A stretch of 17,771 nucleotides of DNA from an uncultured Oligoflexus sp. (GCA_964236955.1 CAXSGP010000096.1:1-17771), one strand, 5' to 3'; positions 8,507 to 17,766 are shown, counted from the first letter of the stretch. Notes: generated from the sequence alone by a model not told the origin. Translations and numbers: made by a program.

Positions 8507-9029
8507 GATCCTCGAGGATTTTCTGGGCCTTGCCGCGGCTTACTTCATCTTTAATGAAGCGAAGCTGGCGCTTGCCCTGAATCAGTTCCAGGAATTTCTT
8601 TTTATCGCCGACAAAGGTATACAGCTCTTTGTAAGCATCACGGATCTTCATGCCACGATCGACATAATCATGGAGCTCTTCGATCGTAAAGGGCTTTCTG
8701 AGGTAACCATCGGCCTTCGCGCCTACCGTTTCCTTTTGGTCTTCGTCGAGCAAGGCGCCGCTAATCAGGAATACCGGGATGGTTGGGTCGAAGTTTTTGA
8801 TCTTCTTCATAAGCTGCAGCCCATCGATGCGTGGCATGCGGATATCGCTAATAACGAGATCGATCTCCTTTTCCTTAAGGGCCTCGACCGCGTCATGAGC
8901 GCTATGAACGACCAACACTCTTGAGAAAAATTTGTTAAGATGAATCTTAAAAAATTTGAGTAGTGTGTCGTCGTCATCCACGACGAGAATGTGAGACGAT
9001 CGGTTGTAAACGCGATCCTGGATAGTCAT
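8493..9029 (-). CDS. Orphan response regulator (receiver domain plus short helical C-terminal extension)
   Basis: ILVVDDD, SDIRMP (phospho-Asp), ISG, KPF; AGGAG RBS before ATG 9029; overlaps the convergent gene by 14 nt. Confidence 0.9.
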   Translation of the reverse strand: MTIQDRVYNRSSHILVVDDDDTLLKFFKIHLNKFFSRVLVVHSAHDAVEALKEKEIDLVISDIRMPRIDGLQLMKKIKNFDPTIPVFLISGALLDEDQKETVGAKADGYLRKPFTIEELHDYVDRGMKIRDAYKELYTFVGDKKKFLELIQGKRQLRFIKDEVSRGKAQKILEDLKAG

Positions 9030-9071
9030 GTAAAAACTCCTACTCAAACTAAGTCGAAGACGTTCAAATTA

Positions 9072-9098
9072 ATTTCGGAAGAAAATCCAAAAACTCAA
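9072..9098 (-). promoter_or_regulatory. Possible sigma-28-like promoter of the response regulator
   Basis: TTGAGTTT-N11-TCCGAAAT versus TAAAGTTT-N11-GCCGATAA: exact spacing, 11/16 matches. Confidence 0.3.
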
Positions 9099-9135
9099 GC
9101 TGCTGACTCTAAAAAACCTGGGTCGACCGCAAAGC

Positions 9136-10278
9136 CTATTGATACAAACGGCTGTCACGAATGGACTGAATTTGAATATTTGCCAAATTCTTTAATTCCT
9201 GATCCTGCGTCTGCAGGACATCGTAGTAGAGCTGAAGTGCGGTCGTCTTGTCTTTAAACTCATCCTGAAGAAGACTTGCCAGTTGGTAACGGGCCAGTGA
9301 ATTAAGCGGCGCAATTTCCATCGCTCGTTCCAAGGCGCCCTTAGCTGCCGTGACCCGCCCGGTCTGCCTGAACAGGAGGCCCATGGTGATGTGAGCCTCA
9401 GGGTTTAAGGGTTCGAGTTCACAGGCCTTTTTGAGATCGTTTTCGGCGAGGGCATATTCGCGCCTTTGCATGGCAAGTTGAGCTCGATTCACAAGTGCCG
9501 GAACAAAATTGGGATCGAGATCAAGTGCTTTGTTGATCCAATCACGGGCTTCCTGGAGGCGCCCGGCCTTAAGATGCAGGACGGCCAGAAGATTAAGGAG
9601 GCGGGGATCTCTGGCTTCCTGATCGAGACCTCGCTTGACGACAAACTCTGCAAGTTCGGCCTTGCCGCTTTCCAGATAAGATTGGGCTAATCCAGCATAA
9701 GCCAGCGTGAATTTCGGCTCCGACTCGATCAGGTCGGTGAGGATCTGATGGCCTTGGGACTTGTTTTGGCCTTTGATATAGGCCTGTGCCAATGCATATC
9801 GATAACGAATCGTGTAATCCTTGTCGGGACGTTCCGTTTTCTCAAGGATCGCCTTTACCGAGGTGAGATAATCGAAGGTTCTTTCAACATCATTCTCAGC
9901 CAGATAAATATGTGCCATCTCAAGGTGAGCATCAAGCTGCTCGGGCATACCTTTGAGAATGCCGGCGTAAATCTCCTTGGATTTCTCTCGTTCACCGATG
10001 GCCAGAGCGTTACGCGCGGCTTTGAGTTTATCCGCTATCGAGGCATTAGGATCGGTTTTGAGAAAGGCTGCCGCAACTTCTTCGCGTTCCGCGCCCGCGG
10101 GAGGATTTTTATAGTACTTCTGCCATTCGAATATCTTCGACGGCTCAAGCTGGCTTGGATCGGCGCCCCTGAAGGTCGAAACAGAAAGAGAATCCTTTGC
10201 AAGATCAAGCTCGCTTCGTTGTGGCGAGTGACTGCAGGCCAAAGCAAAGAAGGTAAATGCAATCCATGATGATTTCAT
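9136..10278 (-). CDS. TPR lipoprotein, GltE/AglT-like
   Basis: Lipoprotein signal MKSSWIAFTFFALA-C; tandem TPRs (KAELAEFVV...DPRLLNLLAVLHL...ALDLDPNFVPALVN...PEAHITMGLLFR) resembling GltE. ATG 10278 overlaps the upstream TGA (TGATG) and has a GGAG RBS. Confidence 0.8.
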   Translation of the reverse strand: MKSSWIAFTFFALACSHSPQRSELDLAKDSLSVSTFRGADPSQLEPSKIFEWQKYYKNPPAGAEREEVAAAFLKTDPNASIADKLKAARNALAIGEREKSKEIYAGILKGMPEQLDAHLEMAHIYLAENDVERTFDYLTSVKAILEKTERPDKDYTIRYRYALAQAYIKGQNKSQGHQILTDLIESEPKFTLAYAGLAQSYLESGKAELAEFVVKRGLDQEARDPRLLNLLAVLHLKAGRLQEARDWINKALDLDPNFVPALVNRAQLAMQRREYALAENDLKKACELEPLNPEAHITMGLLFRQTGRVTAAKGALERAMEIAPLNSLARYQLASLLQDEFKDKTTALQLYYDVLQTQDQELKNLANIQIQSIRDSRLYQ

Positions 10279-13200
10279 CAATGGCTCCATTGATACGGTT
10301 GAGTCGTATTGAGTGCATTGGGTAAACTACGAACCGTGGACTCCAACTGCGGCTGCAGGCCACTGGCCTTCAGGGCCGAGCGCTCGATCCAGACGATGTC
10401 ACGGTAGCGGTAGGGATCTTTTTGCCGGGCCATCAGGTTTTGCGTATGATACTGCTGCGAAACCTGGAGCCACCTTTGGGCCTGCTCGTCGAGGGTGTGA
10501 TCGTATTTTTGCTCATGTTTGGCCAGGGTCTTACGCATCGACTGCGACATGTTTTCGGCCAGCTGCGCGGCATTAAAACGTGCTCGGCTCGACCACTCCG
10601 CGTCGTCGGCAGCGATCGCTTTGTTATAGAGCCTTAGGCTCTCTTCAAGCTTGCTGCCTTTAAATTTCAGTCGGCTCAGGTCACCCGACTCACTGACGTC
10701 GATTTTTTCATATTCCTTTTGTAGGGATTCTCCGAGCAGAAAATTCGATTCGCCGATAATGCTCCGGTAGAGGTTTTTATCGAGATCGTCTTTGCCGTTT
10801 TCTGCATTGCTCGCAAGGCGCCGGTAGGAAGCCAGGGCTTTATCACTTTGACCTTGAGCGTTCCAGACCTTAGCAATCTGGAGCTGAGCTTTGAGTCGAA
10901 AGCTTGGTGAACGGCTGGACGCTTCCGCACGCGCCAAAGTTTGCAGCGATTCGGGCCATGCCCGACCCTTGGTGTAATAATCGGCCGAGCGTAACAGGGC
11001 CTCAGTTTTGCCTTCCGGTGTCGTCTGATAGTTGCTGACCAGGCTCGCCGCTTTACCCGCCAAGCTAAAGTCATCTTCGGCCGCGGCAAGGCCTTCCGCC
11101 CGTTGCGCGGCCGGGAGTGCCTTTGAATATTTGGGAAATTCCTGCGCCAGCGCCAGGTGAGCCTCGGCCGCCTTGTGAAAACGAAGCTGATACTCCAGGG
11201 CGCGGGCTTTGAGATAAAGCAGATCCTCGGTATTGTCCTTGGAATTTCGGTTCGCCAGAAAAAGATCGGCAGCTTCTTCCGATCCCTTCCAGTTGCCGCC
11301 CAGTGCCATGTAATAGGCTCCATCGCGATATATTGCATCATGATTAGGAAGGCTTGGAAATTCTTTTGCAACGGCAAGAAGAAGCTCGCCGGCTTCAAGG
11401 ACTTTGCCTTTGGCGTTGAGATCGGCGGCCGTGCTCTTGGCCGACGTAGCAACGATGCCTATGAGCTCCGCCTGAAATGGCTCGCCCAGTTCATCGAAAT
11501 TCTCGAGCTTAAGATAGTTCCTGCTGAGGGCGAGGGTTTCTTCGGGCTTTGCGGTTTTGATCTTCGATTCGACCAGGCCACGAATGGCGAGGGTTCGTTG
11601 AGTTGCGCTCGGTTCGGAAAGTAAGGCCCGATTCCAAAATCCTTCCGCCGAGGTAAAATCGTCGAGATCTCTATTTGCTGAAGCCGCAAGCAGCAAGAGG
11701 TCGACAACATGACTTCGGTTGGGAAAACGGTCCGCAAAGGCATTGATATTGTCTTGGAGTCGAATAAGTTTGGCCCGGCCGCTGGTATCGGGTTTGGTAC
11801 CGGCGTCATCAAATTTTGCCAAAGACTGGCGCCAAATTTTTTCGCGGCTAAGTGTTTGTTGATAATACGCGACTTCGAGATTTTCTGGCCTTACCTTACC
11901 GCGCTGCTTGAAGGCTTCATAGGCTTTATCAGCCTCTTCGAAGTGATTGGCGAAATAAAGACTATGGGCGCGCCGAAGATCCCACGTCTCCGCCTCGGCA
12001 TTCTGAGGATCAAATTTAAGCAGAGCCTCATAATAGGTGCGGGCTGTCTCAAAGTTGGACTGACTGCCTTGGGTCATGCCGTTTTCGTAGAATTTGCCGG
12101 CAAGCAGCTGGTTGGCATTGAGAGCTTTGATTTCCATGGAGGCAAGCACATTGGGATCATTTTTATGCTGCACTCGCCAGACGCTGCTGCGCGGAAGCAT
12201 AAGAGTGAGGCGTTCCAGGGTGGCTATGTATTTGCTGTCTTGCTTGGTGTCTCGATAGACAGCGGCGAGGATAGTGGCGACTTCAGGCGCTTCCCTGGCG
12301 GCTGGATATTTTTCGAGCAAAAATTCAGCAAGTTCAATGCTTGCCGCCGGAGTGGGATTGTTTGACAGGCGACTCAGCACCCGCAGCCCAATCGCGCTTG
12401 CATAGGGACGCAGCATTGCCTTTTGGAGAAAGTCTTTGGTGTTATTGATCTGAGCCTGCTCAAAAAGTGTGTCGCCTATGAGGTCGCAGGCATCGGCAGT
12501 CATGCGCTTTTGTATGCTGATGCGCCGAAAATCAGATTCAGGATGTAAAAGGTTTTGCGATGCGGTCAGCGATTCATTCAGATCGCCCGTTCGATACGCG
12601 GCCCAGGCCAGGCGATAGTTGACCCGTATCTTTTCGTAGTCGGCTTCTGGCGATCGAATGCGGGCCAATACCGCTGCGGCGCTTTTATAGGAAGCTAAGG
12701 CCGGTGTAGCCTTTTCCTTTTCAAAATAGGAATCACCTATCGCGATATTGGCATGAAGCGTATAGATGCTGTCTTTGCCCTGACGGGCGAGCTCCTGCCA
12801 GACAATGAGGGCCGCTTCCTGTTGATTGAGGCTGCCCAATAGATTGGCACGTAGATAGAGAGCTTCATCATTAAGCGTAAAGCCCGGCATATTTTTGTTG
12901 AGGTCGGCAAGAACAGCTAAGGCCTGCTTAAGATAGGGTTCGGCACTCTTTTCGCTATCCTGTAAAGCACCAAGCTTGTGGAGAACCTGGGCCAGGTTCA
13001 GGCGCGCATAAGGGGTGGTGCTAGCCGTAGGATGTTCCCGCAGCTGTTTTTCATAGCGCAAGACTGCGCTTTTCAGGTCAACGGCCTGAGCCTGGGTTAA
13101 GGCTCCGTCCTGAGTCCGCCACTCGTTTTTAAGTCGATCCCACGATTCGAAATGATCAGATTTTTTCTGCGCAAACTGGTGGTTTTCGTAATCGTCGAAG

Positions 13201-13322
13201 TTCTTCCAGTAATCGCCATAAGCGTCGATGGCCTTTTCTTCGATGGGTTCCTGCCGTAGCTCCAGGGCGTTGAGGGGCAAAGCGCTAAGGAGCAGAATAG
13301 AGGCAAGAAGATGCTTATTCAT
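10278..13322 (-). CDS. Large secreted TPR protein, GltD/AgmU-like
   Basis: Signal peptide MNKHLLASILLLSALPLNA; GltD-style segments DEALYLRA...IAIGDSYF...YRLAWAAY, YPAAREAPE, SSVWRVQHKNDP, and C-terminal EWSSRARFNAAQL...LDEQA...WIERS. Start moved to ATG 13322 (8-nt overlap with the upstream gene). Confidence 0.8.
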   Translation of the reverse strand: MNKHLLASILLLSALPLNALELRQEPIEEKAIDAYGDYWKNFDDYENHQFAQKKSDHFESWDRLKNEWRTQDGALTQAQAVDLKSAVLRYEKQLREHPTASTTPYARLNLAQVLHKLGALQDSEKSAEPYLKQALAVLADLNKNMPGFTLNDEALYLRANLLGSLNQQEAALIVWQELARQGKDSIYTLHANIAIGDSYFEKEKATPALASYKSAAAVLARIRSPEADYEKIRVNYRLAWAAYRTGDLNESLTASQNLLHPESDFRRISIQKRMTADACDLIGDTLFEQAQINNTKDFLQKAMLRPYASAIGLRVLSRLSNNPTPAASIELAEFLLEKYPAAREAPEVATILAAVYRDTKQDSKYIATLERLTLMLPRSSVWRVQHKNDPNVLASMEIKALNANQLLAGKFYENGMTQGSQSNFETARTYYEALLKFDPQNAEAETWDLRRAHSLYFANHFEEADKAYEAFKQRGKVRPENLEVAYYQQTLSREKIWRQSLAKFDDAGTKPDTSGRAKLIRLQDNINAFADRFPNRSHVVDLLLLAASANRDLDDFTSAEGFWNRALLSEPSATQRTLAIRGLVESKIKTAKPEETLALSRNYLKLENFDELGEPFQAELIGIVATSAKSTAADLNAKGKVLEAGELLLAVAKEFPSLPNHDAIYRDGAYYMALGGNWKGSEEAADLFLANRNSKDNTEDLLYLKARALEYQLRFHKAAEAHLALAQEFPKYSKALPAAQRAEGLAAAEDDFSLAGKAASLVSNYQTTPEGKTEALLRSADYYTKGRAWPESLQTLARAEASSRSPSFRLKAQLQIAKVWNAQGQSDKALASYRRLASNAENGKDDLDKNLYRSIIGESNFLLGESLQKEYEKIDVSESGDLSRLKFKGSKLEESLRLYNKAIAADDAEWSSRARFNAAQLAENMSQSMRKTLAKHEQKYDHTLDEQAQRWLQVSQQYHTQNLMARQKDPYRYRDIVWIERSALKASGLQPQLESTVRSLPNALNTTQPYQWSH

Positions 13323-15570
13323 GAAGGGCCCTTTCAATTTCAATATCCCGGATATTTTCTTTGATCGTTGCCTCATCGAGTGCATGCTTCGCCGTCTGCT
13401 GCGTGCGCTCCTGAGTCTCGCGCAGGTAGCGTTGCCATTCGACATCGGCCAACCACTTTTTGCCCCGGGCGGCCTGCTCATTGATTGCGTAGCGGAGATA
13501 CTGCAGAACGTCGGGAAAGGCTTTTCCGCTGGCCTTAGCCATGGCATAGCGAAGGTGTTCTTCGCTTGCCGCCAAGCGCGTGGCGTTATCGCGGGAGGAG
13601 GCCAGGCCGTTCTGCTGAGCTGTTAACCATTCTCTTTCGCGCGTCTCGGTCTGCTTGATCAGACTGAGAATTTTACCAGCAATACGCGGCCAAACCTGCC
13701 AGTTGCCAGCAAAGTCTTCCTGGATATGTTTGGTGGCGGGATCGGAATATTGATCGCGGCGCTCCTGCAAAATGGAATTGTCTTCCAAAAACTCCTGGAT
13801 AAGGAGGAGAAAATGTGTGCGGGTTCTGAGCAGAGGCGAATTATTTTTGTAGCGCGACAGCCAAAACGTGCGTTGATCCGCGACGGCGAATTGCAAACCT
13901 TGACTAAGCTTGTTCAGATCTTTGATGCGGTCTCTGGCCTCGGTGGCCTTTTCCTTTTGCGACGGATTGCCACGTTCCCCTTGATAGATGGCTGAAGCGA
14001 GTGCGGCTTGTCCGGCGAGGATCTTTCTATTGAGTTTGGCCGCTCGATTCTCCAGAAGGGCAAGCTGATAGGTATCGTGCCAGACTGGGGACCGTGGTGT
14101 CTGGGCGTCTAAGATATTCCTGCGGCGGTCTTTGGATTTGGCAAAACTCAGCTCCTCAGCCGCAGACCACTTATAGAAATCCCTTTCATGGTCAAGCATC
14201 CCTTCGCCAATGGTGCTGAGCTCTTCGATATAATTCCAGTACTGTTCATCCTTGGCGAGGATAAGGGGGCGCAGGTTGCCATCGGCAATACGGCCGAGGG
14301 TAAATTGCATTGAGCGAATTTCCTGGCTATGTTCTGCAATCATGCTCTTCGCCTTAATGAGGCGGTGATTGAGGGCCGCGGCCCGTTCCAGTACCGGCGA
14401 TTCAATATTCATGGCAGCGAGATTGCGTCTGATATCATCGAGTTCGCCGTCTTTGATGACGAATTTGCCTTCAAACTGCTTGATCAGTCGCTGGTCGAGG
14501 ATTTGAAGGTCTTTTTCACGACCGAAAAGACTTGATTCAGCATCCTCATAGGAGCCGCTGGATAGTTGGAGAAAGCCCATGCGCTCGTTTAGGTAAGCGG
14601 CCTCCTTGGAATTGGGAAAGGCTTTGAGATAAGTCTCGGCAAGTGGTCGGGCTTTTGCATAATCCTCGGACTGCATCAAAAGATTGACGCCTTCGTAAAG
14701 GGCGAGCCGCTGACTTTCGCCGGGGCCCTCGACTTTTTGATACCAAGTCCACGCCAGCTGCGGAAGATTGCGAGCGGCATAGATGCGCGCTAGGTTGAGG
14801 CGCGCCAGCTGCTGGATGAGGTAGTTATGCGAGGGCTTCGTTTCGGCAAGGTTGAGTAGGAGTTCTTCGCACTTATCATAGGAACCCATTTTGAGTTTGA
14901 CCAGAGCCAGGTAGAACAATGCATCGGCCTCGGTGGGGACCGGAGCAGTTTTTTTTATCAAATCGTTGAGCCACTGTTCGGCCAGGCCTAGTTTGTTCGC
15001 GTGATAGGCACTCTTGGCAGCAAGGAGTTTGATTTCATGGCGTTTGGAAGCGGGAATTCCCGTTAGACTGATCAAGCTGGCCAGGAGGCGGTCGAAGGTA
15101 TCACCCTCCTCCGCCAGCATCTGCTCTTTTTGTAGGAGAAGCCTATGGATGACTTCAAGCAAACGCGGATGAGAGGAATCGCTTTTGCCGGCAAAGCTGC
15201 TGAGAAAACGCAGATAGGCTTTGATCGATCGCGCAGTATAGTTGAGTTCTTGGTAGGAACGGCCCAAATAAAACTGAGAGTCGAGATAATGACGACTGAG
15301 TGCCGAGGTATTAAGGAGAAGATTCAGGCTGCGAATGACATCTAAATATTCTTTGTCGCGAAAACTTGCTTCGGCCCGCAGAAATAAGGCTTCAGCCCGT
15401 TGCGCCTGCACACCCGCTGCCTCGCTACTGTCACTCACCTGCGCGGTGGCAAGTTTGACCTCAAGGCGTTTTAAGTCCTGGCGCAGCGACGCCTCCCCAG
15501 CCACGCTAAGGCTGGCATGGGCCCCTAGCGCAACAAGGAGGAGGGAGCGAATCACCTTAAGGAATATCAT
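13315..15570 (-). CDS. Secreted TPR plus coiled-coil protein, GltC-like
   Basis: Signal peptide MIFLKVIRSLLLVALGAHASLSVAG; TPRs including QLARLNLARIY...YQKV...ALYE...FPNSKEA; long heptad-rich C-terminal half. Start moved to ATG 15570 (GGAGG just upstream). Confidence 0.75.
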   Translation of the reverse strand: MIFLKVIRSLLLVALGAHASLSVAGEASLRQDLKRLEVKLATAQVSDSSEAAGVQAQRAEALFLRAEASFRDKEYLDVIRSLNLLLNTSALSRHYLDSQFYLGRSYQELNYTARSIKAYLRFLSSFAGKSDSSHPRLLEVIHRLLLQKEQMLAEEGDTFDRLLASLISLTGIPASKRHEIKLLAAKSAYHANKLGLAEQWLNDLIKKTAPVPTEADALFYLALVKLKMGSYDKCEELLLNLAETKPSHNYLIQQLARLNLARIYAARNLPQLAWTWYQKVEGPGESQRLALYEGVNLLMQSEDYAKARPLAETYLKAFPNSKEAAYLNERMGFLQLSSGSYEDAESSLFGREKDLQILDQRLIKQFEGKFVIKDGELDDIRRNLAAMNIESPVLERAAALNHRLIKAKSMIAEHSQEIRSMQFTLGRIADGNLRPLILAKDEQYWNYIEELSTIGEGMLDHERDFYKWSAAEELSFAKSKDRRRNILDAQTPRSPVWHDTYQLALLENRAAKLNRKILAGQAALASAIYQGERGNPSQKEKATEARDRIKDLNKLSQGLQFAVADQRTFWLSRYKNNSPLLRTRTHFLLLIQEFLEDNSILQERRDQYSDPATKHIQEDFAGNWQVWPRIAGKILSLIKQTETREREWLTAQQNGLASSRDNATRLAASEEHLRYAMAKASGKAFPDVLQYLRYAINEQAARGKKWLADVEWQRYLRETQERTQQTAKHALDEATIKENIRDIEIERALHE

Positions 15571-16273
15571 AGACCTCCAAACTTGCCTGAGCTCGCGTGT
15601 TCTGCTGCTCGGGCCGGACGAGGCGCAAACGATAACCTTTGTGATAGACGCCCGCCTGAATCTGAATCTTAAAGTTTTGATCATAATGATGGTAGATATT
15701 CTGATCGAGGGGCAACGTCTTTTCCCGGCGACGGATCGTTCGTCCTTCAAGCTTTAGAGTATGTTCGCCTGCTTCCAGAGGGCCGAGAAAGAAAGGGATT
15801 TCTGGATTCGGAGCCCAATCGCCGCCATCCATCGCAAAGATCTTGCTGCCATCGAGATAAAAATTGAGTTCGCGGACAGAGGTCAGGTCCGGATCTTCTA
15901 TCAACGCTTCGATTTCGATCAAACTGCTCTGAGTGGCCTGACTCAGCAGGTCGCCTTTTAAGGTTTCAATTTGCCCCGAGAGTTCGTCGGCTTCTTTTTC
16001 CAGGCCGGCGATTTGTTTTTCGAGTCCTTTAAAATCTTCGGAGCCAGGCAAACGGCCTTCCAAGCTACCGGTAGGAAGAGTTATTTTTTGATTGGCGGGT
16101 GCAGGGGCCGGATTAATAGGTTCGATATGAAGGCTTGAAGCCTCCTGTTCCATCAGCTTGCGTTCAAGGCGATCGAGTACGGAGTCCATCGCCTGAACAT
16201 TTTTATCCGCGGCCAAAAGATTGTTCATGGCTGAAATAGAAAACGCGAGGATGACGGCGATGCAGCGAATCAT
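15557..16273 (-). CDS. Secreted hypothetical protein: coiled coil followed by a beta-sandwich (PEGA/Ig-like) domain
   Basis: Signal peptide; heptads (LEKQIAGLEKEADELSGQIETLK); beta-rich FYLDG..IF...PFFLGPLEAGEHTLKLE; ATGA overlap with the upstream gene and a 14-nt overlap with the downstream gene. Confidence 0.75.
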   Translation of the reverse strand: MIRCIAVILAFSISAMNNLLAADKNVQAMDSVLDRLERKLMEQEASSLHIEPINPAPAPANQKITLPTGSLEGRLPGSEDFKGLEKQIAGLEKEADELSGQIETLKGDLLSQATQSSLIEIEALIEDPDLTSVRELNFYLDGSKIFAMDGGDWAPNPEIPFFLGPLEAGEHTLKLEGRTIRRREKTLPLDQNIYHHYDQNFKIQIQAGVYHKGYRLRLVRPEQQNTRAQASLEVYDIP

Positions 16274-17478
16274 TTTCGGGCCTTGTAAATAGCGACGTTG
16301 TTAGGCTTAAAGGTACGAATGGCGACCTTGGTCTTTTCCGAAATGCTTTGCGGGACAATGATTTCAAATCCTGCGGGCAGGGGTTTGCCGCGATGCGTGC
16401 TGTAGGCGTTTGGAAGTAGGCATTCATTGTATTCTTTGAGAGTTTTCTCATCGATGGGCGTGGAGCTGATCAATTGATCCACGCTCATGGGCCTATCGAT
16501 TCGAATGTGATCGATGCTCATGGGATTGCCGGCTTTGCTTTTTCCGCTTTGGTATAGATCGCGGTAGACGTTGCGTGCGGCGATGAACTCGCTATAGAAG
16601 TTGCGACTTGCAAATCCAAACGTAGGGTTTTGATAGCGGCGAAGAATGATATCCATATTGCTGGTGCCGACCGTCTTTACGGCTTTGCGCATACCACCAG
16701 GGCCATGGTTGTAGGCAGTGACGGCAATCGGCCATTCTTTAAGCATGCGTTTATTTTCGCTCAGCATCAAAGCAGCTCCGTAGGACGCTTTGAGCGGAGA
16801 GAGGCGTTCATCGACAAAGGGATTGACGGTCATATAAAGGCGCGCGGTACCTGGCATAAACTGCCACATACCCGAGGCACCGACTTTGGAATAGGCTTCT
16901 TTATTAAACATCGATTCAACAAATGCTATGCGGGTGAGTTCTACAGGAAGGCCACGATTTCGGAAAATGTTTTCCATATAGGGAAGATACTGCTGCGCAC
17001 GGCCCGAGGCTCTCACGAATTCATCGGCGAGTCCCTGCTGGGTGCGGAGGTAGATTTCTTCAGTAAAGAGGCGGCGCTGGGCTTCCTTGCGACGGCTGTA
17101 GACCTCAAGGACCCGTTTCTCCATTGGCCCGTATTCCAAGGCTTTTTTGCCTAGCTTTTGCAAGCGGTTGATGGCCAGCTGATAACGGTCGGTGTAACGG
17201 TTGAGAAGCTCTTTTTTCTCACCCCGTGAATAGGATCTGCCTTTGTTGTATTTTTTGGCGAAAACTTCGTAGTCGACGACATCGATGATGAGGTCAACCA
17301 GCTCAGGGTCATGAATCACAAAGGATGAGCTTTTATAGCGTCGGAAAATTTTCTCCCAAAAATCCGCCTGGAGCCGGACTATGGGGCTGACTGGGAACGG
17401 GTCGGCCTTGCTCTGGGCTAACCCAAAGCTTGATACGACCAGACCCGCAAAGAGTAAAGTGCGAATAGCATGACGCAT
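16270..17478 (-). CDS. Secreted lytic transglycosylase (SLT domain, MltD-like) with a possible degenerate LysM-like C-terminus
   Basis: Signal peptide; AFVES (catalytic Glu), SKVGASGMWQFMPGTA, DER, AVTAYNHG motifs; C-terminal TLKEYNECL...LPAGFEIIVP. Confidence 0.9.
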   Translation of the reverse strand: MRHAIRTLLFAGLVVSSFGLAQSKADPFPVSPIVRLQADFWEKIFRRYKSSSFVIHDPELVDLIIDVVDYEVFAKKYNKGRSYSRGEKKELLNRYTDRYQLAINRLQKLGKKALEYGPMEKRVLEVYSRRKEAQRRLFTEEIYLRTQQGLADEFVRASGRAQQYLPYMENIFRNRGLPVELTRIAFVESMFNKEAYSKVGASGMWQFMPGTARLYMTVNPFVDERLSPLKASYGAALMLSENKRMLKEWPIAVTAYNHGPGGMRKAVKTVGTSNMDIILRRYQNPTFGFASRNFYSEFIAARNVYRDLYQSGKSKAGNPMSIDHIRIDRPMSVDQLISSTPIDEKTLKEYNECLLPNAYSTHRGKPLPAGFEIIVPQSISEKTKVAIRTFKPNNVAIYKARK

Positions 17479-17689
17479 AGCTCAGACCTTTTGTTGGCTC
17501 GCAATAGACACCTAGTGCCATTTTAGCTACGCAAGCCAGCCTAGGCCAGGGCGCCAATTTCTTGACCATGCTGCCTTTGAGCACTCTCTGGGCAAAGGTT
17601 TGGCGGGGAATTTGAAAAAAAATGCAGCTGGCTTAAAAAAATAGATTTACCCCATGATCATAAACCTATAAAAAATCCATTCTGATTGT

Positions 17690-17766
17690 CGGGGCGTAGC
17701 GCAGCCTGGTAGCGCATTTGTCTGGGGGGCAAAGGGTCGCAGGTTCAAATCCTGTCGCCCCGACCA
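17690..17766 (+). tRNA. tRNA-Pro (anticodon GGG)
   Basis: 77 nt; CGGGGCG/CGCCCCG acceptor stem; D-arm GCGCAGCCTGGTAGCGC; anticodon arm TTTGT-CTGGGGG-GCAAA; T-loop GGTTCAAATCC; A73 and encoded CCA. Confidence 0.97.

Noticed and set aside
13323..13547. 75-aa N-terminal extension of the 1089-aa ORF
   Set aside because: It overlaps the upstream gene and hides the signal peptide beginning at ATG 13322.
15571..15750. 60-aa N-terminal extension of the 811-aa ORF
   Set aside because: It overlaps the upstream gene; the signal peptide and GGAGG point to ATG 15570.
9466..17154. Many plus-strand ORFs (up to 218 aa) opposite the TPR operon
   Set aside because: Antisense shadows with no recognisable motifs.
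17500..17522. TGGCAC...TTGC upstream of the lytic transglycosylase as a sigma-54 promoter
   Set aside because: The GG-to-GC spacing is too long, and sigma-54 spacing is strict.
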